Shown piece by piece: positions 57,836 through 64,000 of a stretch of DNA of 64,000 bases. Numbering within the stretch: the first letter of the stretch is position 1; each line of letters opens with the position of its first letter. Source of the DNA: a virus. Location of the stretch: positions 37,863 through 101,862 of IMG/VR virus record IMGVR_UViG_3300020048_003367. One strand, written 5' to 3'. The position numbers and the translations under genes were made by a program. Under the pieces are notes generated by a model. The model saw nothing but the letters and a program-made list of their open reading frames with translations. It ran no database searches and was not told where the DNA came from.

Positions 57836-58560
57836 GGGCTTTCTCTCTTGGTAATTTTATTGTACATTTTTAATGCAAAGTCTCGATTTTTGTCAACCCC
57901 GGCATGTGAAAGATCCCGAGCCAGTTGATCATTTGGAAGATACTCTTCGGCCAACAAATAGTAAAAAGGTACGTTGTAATTGCGGCACAATTGTTCCATG
58001 GCCAATAGATTCTTGCTTCTATTTGTTAAAGAATTTTGTTCAGTCGAAAACCACTCTTTGAAAAATGATCCGTATATATCATGAGACTCAGGTCTAGAAG
58101 CTACAATTCTCTTGGGTGTGTTTTTTGAAAAAAACTCAAATCGATTTATCGGTGGAACACACAGAACAACAAATTTTATATTCAACTCAGCAATGTAATG
58201 GTCTAAAAAATTATATGCACTATCTAGTGCGCTTCCGTGTACACCAAGATTCCATATATGTTGACCTATTAATTTTGAAAGCTGGGCTGGCCAAGAAGCA
58301 TCTAAAGGAAGTCCAGTCCCTTCTGTAAAACTACACCCTAGTGCTAGTCCAGCAGGCCGATTGTCAAATTCGTCAGTTCGAAAACCACAACTGTTATATT
58401 TATAGGTAATGCAATTGGGTTCAGCAAACCCTAGATTTTTTAATTGTTGTGCAGTATCCGGATTCTCAAGATGTTGTTTAAATCGTTCCTCTGAGTCTGT
58501 TCCTGACCAGCTAATAGTTTTTGATCTCCAACGTTGGGAGCCAAACAGTGCATGCTTCAT
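57832..58560 (-). CDS. SGNH-like protein
   Basis: [25 protein letters not shown]. Confidence 0.65.
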   Translation of the reverse strand: MKHALFGSQRWRSKTISWSGTDSEERFKQHLENPDTAQQLKNLGFAEPNCITYKYNSCGFRTDEFDNRPAGLALGCSFTEGTGLPLDASWPAQLSKLIGQHIWNLGVHGSALDSAYNFLDHYIAELNIKFVVLCVPPINRFEFFSKNTPKRIVASRPESHDIYGSFFKEWFSTEQNSLTNRSKNLLAMEQLCRNYNVPFYYLLAEEYLPNDQLARDLSHAGVDKNRDFALKMYNKITKRESP

Positions 58561-59294
58561 GCATTTTCTCTATTGATGATTTTCTTGTGCATTTTTAATG
58601 CGAAGTCGTGGTTGGCATCAGACCCTGGATGAGCAAGATCTCTCGCTCTTCCGTCTATCTTTAAATCAGTTGCCGAATCCAAGACATAAAAAGGAATGCC
58701 TTGCTGGGAACACAATTGTTCTATGGCCAACAGATTCTTGCGTTGATTGATCTGTGAGTTCAAATCATTTGCAAACCATTCTTTAAAGAATGAATGTGAC
58801 AGGACTGGCATAAACCAGCTTTCAAACATTACCCTATACGCTTTGTTTTCAGAATAATATTCAAATCTGGTTATTGGTGGCACACACATGGCCACAAAGC
58901 CGGGAGACAACTGTTCAATATAGTAGTCCAGCAATGTAAATGCAGTATCAGCGGCGCCGCCGCCTACTCCAAGATTCCAAACGTGTGTACCTAGCATTTG
59001 CGACAATTTTGATGGCCACGAATCGTGTTCCGGCAATCCTACCCCTTCTGTATAACTGCATCCTAATGCAATTCCGCAAGGGCGTTGATCAAACTCTAGA
59101 GCACGGAATCCTTGTTTGTTATAGGTGTAAGTGACAGACTCAGATGTATCAAGCCTGAGCTTTTTTAAAAACTCGAGTTTTTGAGGATTAGATATGTTTT
59201 GTTTGAATTGATCTTGGGAATCTGACCCTGACCAATAAACTGTTTGTGATCTCAAATTCCAGTTACCGTGTAACCAAATTGGTACGTCAATCAT
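58557..59294 (-). CDS. SGNH-like protein, tandem paralog
   Basis: YNKQGFR, LGCSYTEG, WNLG, ARDLAHP. Confidence 0.65.
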   Translation of the reverse strand: MIDVPIWLHGNWNLRSQTVYWSGSDSQDQFKQNISNPQKLEFLKKLRLDTSESVTYTYNKQGFRALEFDQRPCGIALGCSYTEGVGLPEHDSWPSKLSQMLGTHVWNLGVGGGAADTAFTLLDYYIEQLSPGFVAMCVPPITRFEYYSENKAYRVMFESWFMPVLSHSFFKEWFANDLNSQINQRKNLLAIEQLCSQQGIPFYVLDSATDLKIDGRARDLAHPGSDANHDFALKMHKKIINRENA

Positions 59295-59855
59295 TTACAA
59301 CCTTTCGTTGCAAACATCCCAGTCAATGATCCGCCAAATATTATCTAGGTAGCGCTCTTTGTCTGATTGATAGTCCAGGGCCCAAGCATGTTCCCACCAG
59401 TCTACTAGCATACAGATGTCAGTACGCACTGAGTGATTGGGGATAGTTTTGATTGCGCCTGTGGTACTTAGATACACCCAGCCACTTCCTTGGATCTTCA
59501 TTGCTGCTAGTTTAAAAGCTTCTTTAAAGTCTTCCCAGGTCTTGAAGTGTTCTTCAATCAGTGCGAGTACTGCACCTTTTGGTCTATTGGCGGCACGAGG
59601 GCTGCGTAACTGAGGGAAAAACTTATTGTGTAAAAAGCTGCCAGCACGATTAAAATCGGCATTTCCTTCTCCCGAGTTATAGCGTTTGGCATAGCCTTTG
59701 GCCAGGTGTTCAAAGTGATAATCAAGTGTTTCTTTGCTCATTACAGGATCAAGATCTTTGACGCCGTAGGGCAAGGGTGTGGTTTCCAGCTTGGCCGGGC
59801 GGGTGCTGGCTTCCACAATATGTACAAAGTCAGAGAGTGATTGTGAGGTATCCAT
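59295..59855 (-). CDS. sod: Fe/Mn superoxide dismutase
   Basis: LPY..L.P.MS..TL..H, H.KFF, GSGW, DWWEHAW. Confidence 0.9.
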   Translation of the reverse strand: MDTSQSLSDFVHIVEASTRPAKLETTPLPYGVKDLDPVMSKETLDYHFEHLAKGYAKRYNSGEGNADFNRAGSFLHNKFFPQLRSPRAANRPKGAVLALIEEHFKTWEDFKEAFKLAAMKIQGSGWVYLSTTGAIKTIPNHSVRTDICMLVDWWEHAWALDYQSDKERYLDNIWRIIDWDVCNERL

Positions 59856-59862
59856 ACTATAT

Positions 59863-60081
59863 TTATTTGCGACGAGTGATACGTCCACGAGTTAGATCGT
59901 ATGGACTAAACTCCATTTCTACTCGATCTCCCAACAACACCTTGATGTTATTGGTTCTCATTCGTCCCGATAGATGCGCTAACACTATGGTATTTAAATT
60001 GTCTAATTTGATACGAAACATAGCAGCCGGGAGAATTTCTTCTACTCGGCCCTCCATGTTGATAGTTTCTTCTTTGGCCAT
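59863..60081 (-). CDS. infA: translation initiation factor IF-1
   Basis: [11 protein letters not shown]...AHLSGRMR...[16 protein letters not shown]. Confidence 0.95.
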   Translation of the reverse strand: MAKEETINMEGRVEEILPAAMFRIKLDNLNTIVLAHLSGRMRTNNIKVLLGDRVEMEFSPYDLTRGRITRRK

Positions 60082-60091
60082 AAGCAATTAC

Positions 60092-60484
60092 TTAGTTGAA
60101 CACAATCTCAGCGCTGACTTTGCGCAACCGCTCAAATCGGAAACTTCGCCATTCTTGCTTGCCAAGATCAAATACTCTCAAGCTATGCTCATCAGGCTTT
60201 TTTCGCTCTTTGCTTTCTTTCACAATGCCATCAACAGGCGCAACTGGCAATGCAGTTGTCGGAATGAAATCACCGCTAAGTGTACACTGCATTTCACGTT
60301 CAGTCCCATCTGCCTTGACAAAAGTTACTGTAACAGGGCCTTTTTGTAGCAAACTTCGGACCCAGTCACGCATGATGTGTTTGTTGTCATCGTCTGCTTC
60401 TTGGTACTGAGTACCAGGTGCGTTTTTCAGCAAGCGAACAACTTCAGATTGATTCCAAGTTGCTACTGTATCTTCAAGTGTCAT
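60092..60484 (-). CDS. SH3/WYL-like domain protein
   Basis: VTFVKADGTEREMQCTL...VFDL.KQEWRSFR. Confidence 0.7.
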   Translation of the reverse strand: MTLEDTVATWNQSEVVRLLKNAPGTQYQEADDDNKHIMRDWVRSLLQKGPVTVTFVKADGTEREMQCTLSGDFIPTTALPVAPVDGIVKESKERKKPDEHSLRVFDLGKQEWRSFRFERLRKVSAEIVFN

Positions 60485-60508
60485 TGTAGTTCCAAGTTGA
60501 GTTAAAAA

Positions 60509-60904
60509 TTATCCGCGGCGCATTTTTGAGATATCTACAGCGTCCTGATTACAAAACACAGGCACCGCATTGCTCTTGTGCAGCTGGCCAATGCCTAGCA
60601 TTTTGGTACCAGTATATTCTCTGAAAGCTACAGGAGCAGTAGAGCCACCAGCAGTGGCGCGGCTGGGAATATGATGACTGGTACTGCGCCCAACAGGTGC
60701 TGACAACTTGTATTGCAAAGGTTCAGCCTTCATAGCACGTTGTTGGCGTTTTTCTTCTGCTTCGATACCTTGAGACTTCAGCAGCTCTTTCCAGCTGGCG
60801 TCAAGCTCTCGGGCACGAGCAGCTTCAGCGGCATTACGAAACTTGACTTTGCCTTTTTTCTTACCAATAAGACTCAGGGCAGGACCACACAGATGCATTG
60901 TCAT
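60509..60904 (-). CDS. hypothetical phage protein
   Basis: YTG...GIGQLHKSNAVPVF. Confidence 0.65.
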   Translation of the reverse strand: MTMHLCGPALSLIGKKKGKVKFRNAAEAARARELDASWKELLKSQGIEAEEKRQQRAMKAEPLQYKLSAPVGRSTSHHIPSRATAGGSTAPVAFREYTGTKMLGIGQLHKSNAVPVFCNQDAVDISKMRRG

Positions 60905-61125
60905 TTTTTCAATAACTCCATGGTGTATTCAGTTTCGCGCATGTGGGCAACAGGCTTGATCCAACCGTTGCCCCAGCATTCGTACAAAAATTTTTGATAT
61001 TGTGCAGGGCAAGTTTCGCTGATTTCAAAGCTAGCTCTGGGCACAACGGTAATGCCATCAGGGCTAAAGGAGAAGTCCTCTTGCCCCTGACGCAAAGATA
61101 CATGTGACTTGGTTGCTTTAAACAT
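60901..61125 (-). CDS. hypothetical protein
   Basis: 74 aa downstream of a sigma70 promoter. Confidence 0.6.
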   Translation of the reverse strand: MFKATKSHVSLRQGQEDFSFSPDGITVVPRASFEISETCPAQYQKFLYECWGNGWIKPVAHMRETEYTMELLKK

Positions 61126-61131
61126 GCTTAT

Positions 61132-61160
61132 ATTATAGCATATCCAGGATTATTGGTCAA
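61132..61160 (-). promoter_or_regulatory. sigma70 promoter
   Basis: TTGACC-N17-TATAAT; ATG 6 nt downstream. Confidence 0.8.
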
Positions 61161-61174
61161 GTAGTACTTGAGTA

Positions 61175-61483
61175 TTACCTAAACAGTAGCAAGGCCATCA
61201 GAACCGCTTGGATAATAAAGCCCAGGCCAATAGTGATGATGTTTAGCATGTCTTTCAGCACAACGGCACGTAAGAACATCAGCACAAGGCCTGCCCACAT
61301 AAACAGCACCATGTCCAGTTGTGGGGCACGGTCGCTGAGTCCAGACATTAGAGCCAACAAGGTGGGAATGGTTGCGGCATGAATCACAATCACAGCCAAC
61401 CAGCCCAGAGTCTCTGCTGAGATTTTACCAAGGTGTTCAGCAAAGAAGTTTCGAACTGTGGGAACGATGTTGTTGATATTCAT
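61175..61483 (-). CDS. membrane protein
   Basis: three hydrophobic segments. Confidence 0.65.
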   Translation of the reverse strand: MNINNIVPTVRNFFAEHLGKISAETLGWLAVIVIHAATIPTLLALMSGLSDRAPQLDMVLFMWAGLVLMFLRAVVLKDMLNIITIGLGFIIQAVLMALLLFR

Positions 61484-62058
61484 GAGCGGTCTCCGTAAAA
61501 AATATGACGTCCAATTTTTTCAATCTTGGGCAGTTTCCAACCCGGGCTAACATAGTCAGCATGATAATAGAGTGCATCGGTTAGACCGGGCAATCTAAAT
61601 CCTTCCAACAACACTTTCTTGGCCACAATCTCGGATTCATTCCACAAGGGTTTGTGAATTGCACGAGTGGTGTGATTGCCTTCGCAGTACCAGCTAAACT
61701 GGCAAACCACTTTTTCGTAAAATACATTTTTCTGATACACTACCCCGCAAACAGAATTTGGAAATTTGCCAGACTCCATTCGATTCAGGGTGACCTGTGC
61801 CACACCAACTTTGCCTTCAAACGGCTCGTTGGCCGCTTCCCAGTAAATGTTGCGTGTCAAACATTCTAGCTCTTTGGTTCGTTGAGCTGCCGACACATAA
61901 CTGTCAGGTAGATTGTTGTTTGCTTGGCGTAGGTAATCTAGTTTTGCAGTACTGGTCACAAACACAGCAGCCAATACCAACCATAGTCCAAAGACTTTTA
62001 GTAGGCGTGAGCTCCAGGTTGCGACTTGCAAAGCGGTTGAGGTTACATTTGCTTTCAT
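61480..62058 (-). CDS. cell wall hydrolase (SleB/Hydrolase_2)
   Basis: CL..NIYWEA..E...G...VAQVT.NR, CQFSW, YYHADYV.P.W, IGRHIFY. Confidence 0.9.
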   Translation of the reverse strand: MKANVTSTALQVATWSSRLLKVFGLWLVLAAVFVTSTAKLDYLRQANNNLPDSYVSAAQRTKELECLTRNIYWEAANEPFEGKVGVAQVTLNRMESGKFPNSVCGVVYQKNVFYEKVVCQFSWYCEGNHTTRAIHKPLWNESEIVAKKVLLEGFRLPGLTDALYYHADYVSPGWKLPKIEKIGRHIFYGDRS

Positions 62059-62156
62059 AGGCTGTTACTTAGTAAGTGGTACCACATTGTCGAGCATAAC
62101 CCCACAAAATGGTACGTTTTTGTCAATGAGTGCGCGGTTAACGCACCACAAAATAA

Positions 62157-62591
62157 TTACTTCTTGATCTCCTTGAGGTTGAACCACATTCTACCTTTTT
62201 CCTTGCACTGCTTTTCTAGTTCACGATAACGATCGCCCAGCTCTCGCAACTCGTCCCACTCTGCTTCCAGCTCAGGATTAGGAACCATGATGTTGAGACG
62301 TTGTTCAAGCGCATCTATGGCTTCCATCAAACTGCGACCATTGATTTTGATATCAGCGTTGTCGCCTTGCAACTCCATTAGCCCGCTTTGTGAGCTCGAA
62401 GTAGCAGGCCAGACGCCGGTGCCAGTGCTATACAAGTTGTTGCTCAAGCTGATGTTGGACATGGTATATGTGCCACCGACAGCACCAATGGTCCAAGTAG
62501 GGTCAATGGGACCAATGGTGTAGTCTACACCAGATGTCATTGTAACAGTACTGCAATCATCAACAAGATTCTGTTTGATTGTTTTGCTCAT
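62157..62591 (-). CDS. hypothetical protein
   Basis: low-complexity N-terminus, coiled-coil C-terminus. Confidence 0.6.
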   Translation of the reverse strand: MSKTIKQNLVDDCSTVTMTSGVDYTIGPIDPTWTIGAVGGTYTMSNISLSNNLYSTGTGVWPATSSSQSGLMELQGDNADIKINGRSLMEAIDALEQRLNIMVPNPELEAEWDELRELGDRYRELEKQCKEKGRMWFNLKEIKK

Positions 62592-62763
62592 GTGAAAATT
62601 TCTCCTCAAGCTCGGCTAACAGTTGTTGGCGGTTACACCTTGCACGTTGTTCTAGCACAAGCTGGGCCCGAGTTATTTTGTCCAACAAAAGTTGCCGCCT
62701 GAGCTCAGGGCTGAGCACATCTGGCCAGGTGCCTTGTTTTAGGTGCATGCTCTCAACATTCAT
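62560..62763 (-). CDS. hypothetical protein
   Basis: 67 aa, coupled. Confidence 0.45.
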   Translation of the reverse strand: MNVESMHLKQGTWPDVLSPELRRQLLLDKITRAQLVLEQRARCNRQQLLAELEEKFSHEQNNQTESC

Positions 62764-62945
62764 TTTGCTGCCAGTGCTTCTTTCTCGGCAGTGATTTCTT
62801 TGCGGCGCTCTTTGATGCCCTTGGTCATTTCTTGCAAGGCTTTGCGAGCTCGAGCAGCAGATGCTTTTACACCTTTGGTAGTAAACTTCTCGTTTTCAGA
62901 GATGTATTGCTCGTAAGCAGCGACGATAGTTTCGTGTTGTGTCAT
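62760..62945 (-). CDS. small basic protein (histone H1-like Hc1-type)
   Basis: KASAARARKAL...KERRKEI; SD AGGAG. Confidence 0.6.
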   Translation of the reverse strand: MTQHETIVAAYEQYISENEKFTTKGVKASAARARKALQEMTKGIKERRKEITAEKEALAAK

Positions 62946-63013
62946 ATTAACTCCTTTAGTTGACAATTGATTATAACGCTTGCAACTGCAAACGTCAATG
63001 ATTTTGGCACTCG

Positions 63014-63262
63014 TCAATCGCAGTAGATATGTCTACGATTCCAAGTATCCCAAATAGTGATTTGCGACCAACTCAGTCGCCAGGTGATCATGAATTGATC
63101 CAGTGCCTGTTGATGGTGCAACATTAACTTATGCCCGTTAACCATGGCATGGTCAATTTTGTTGTCACGAATCCAGCTACGAAACTGAGTTTCAGCTTGC
63201 GTGTTATTACGCATGATTATAACGTAAAGTGGTTCTACTGAACGATAACTGGGTATGGACAT
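63014..63262 (-). CDS. hypothetical protein
   Basis: 82 aa ORF; start uncertain. Confidence 0.5.
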   Translation of the reverse strand: MSIPSYRSVEPLYVIIMRNNTQAETQFRSWIRDNKIDHAMVNGHKLMLHHQQALDQFMITWRLSWSQITIWDTWNRRHIYCD

Positions 63263-63362
63263 CTACAGGCGCCAAGGGCTGGCATTTGAATATCAAATAC
63301 TTAACCAATGCCACTGCCCTTGTGATTATTATTTTATGGCACTCTAGTAGTTATGCCAAAAC

Positions 63363-63389
63363 AAAAAAGGCACCGCTTGGGTGCCTTTT
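63363..63389. terminator. intrinsic terminator (possibly bidirectional)
   Basis: AAAAGGCACC-GCTTG-GGTGCCTTTT. Confidence 0.8.
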
Positions 63390-63405
63390 AATTGAGTCAA
63401 GTTGC

Positions 63406-63789
63406 TTAGGCAGGATCTGCGTTGTGCAGATCAACTGCGGCTAACACTTGCTCGGCAGTTACGTCTTTTTTACGTGCTCGGATCTTGTCCAAGCTGGGCT
63501 TGCCAGCTTGCACTTTGACTTCACCCTTTTTGGCTACCTTGCTTTTCTCAGCAAGTTTATTGGCCACAACAAAGCCAGCGTCACCATCAGTAACACCTTG
63601 TGTCTGCAAATATTGCAGTGCTTCTAGCTTGGTCATTGCCTGGGGCAATTCCATTAAGTTGATGTCAGTACACTTGGCCTTGTTTAGAATCTTGATGCGA
63701 GCCACCAAGTCGTTAGCAAAACGGGCCTTGACAGTACCGTCGGGGTTTTTAGCAGTACCTGCCACGGAAAAAGTCTTTTCGATTGTCAT
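63406..63789 (-). CDS. hypothetical protein
   Basis: FSVAGT...KARFAND...LP..MTK.EA. Confidence 0.65.
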   Translation of the reverse strand: MTIEKTFSVAGTAKNPDGTVKARFANDLVARIKILNKAKCTDINLMELPQAMTKLEALQYLQTQGVTDGDAGFVVANKLAEKSKVAKKGEVKVQAGKPSLDKIRARKKDVTAEQVLAAVDLHNADPA

Positions 63790-63857
63790 AAAGTTGCCTT
63801 TCAAAGTTGCCTATCAATTTACAAAATTATGCTGTTGTTTTGTTACAGCATGTCTAT

Positions 63858-63886
63858 ATTATAGCAAAAGAGTGTTTATTGGTCAA
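63858..63886 (-). promoter_or_regulatory. sigma70 promoter
   Basis: TTGACC-N17-TATAAT. Confidence 0.8.
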
Positions 63887-63922
63887 CTACTTTTGCCACA
63901 ACATGGACTCGGTTTGCCCAAA

Positions 63923-64000
63923 TTACTGGGCCAATTCTTTGCTTTGGTGTTTGATGGTTTCGATACCACGGTCCAGGATACGTGCGATTCCGCCAAAGCC
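63923..64000 (-). CDS. hypothetical protein, partial 3' end
   Basis: GFGGIARILDRGIETIKHQSKELAQ*. Confidence 0.45.
   Translation of the reverse strand, partial: GFGGIARILDRGIETIKHQSKELAQ

Noticed and set aside
1-64000. Stop-codon reassignment
   Set aside because: Conserved genes translate full length in the standard code.

Overview
A 64-kb, gene-dense segment of a large (jumbo) T4-like/myovirus-type dsDNA bacteriophage. It uses the standard genetic code and most genes are on the minus strand. The host may be a betaproteobacterium (inference from a Bug/TctC gene and sigma70 promoters). Contents: B-family DNA polymerase, DsbA-like protein, clamp loader, a DnaE fragment, PhoH, ClpA/DnaJ/GroES, a lysis cassette (spanins, GH19 endolysin, holin), baseplate and tail-fibre genes, auxiliary genes (Dps, SOD, IscA, IF-1, CysC-like, TctC), glycosyltransferase/SGNH/radical-SAM islands and a GIY-YIG endonuclease. 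The most striking unexplained structure is a nucleotide-identical 14-bp direct repeat, AGGTGTGGCGGAAG on the coding strand (read as G-V-A-E-G/D). It occurs 10 times inside three putative head-packaged polyproteins and separates unrelated in-frame domain cassettes of 49-272 codons; one cassette begins with a hidden twin-arginine (Tat) signal peptide. This suggests a cassette-shuffling system in which the DNA junction also encodes a prohead-protease cut site (inference). Also noted: a family of capsid-targeting-like N-termini, TAAATA promoters only 4-8 nt upstream of ATG (likely leaderless mRNAs), and a candidate structured ncRNA upstream of the dsbA-like gene. All product calls come from motif recognition by eye, not database searches.
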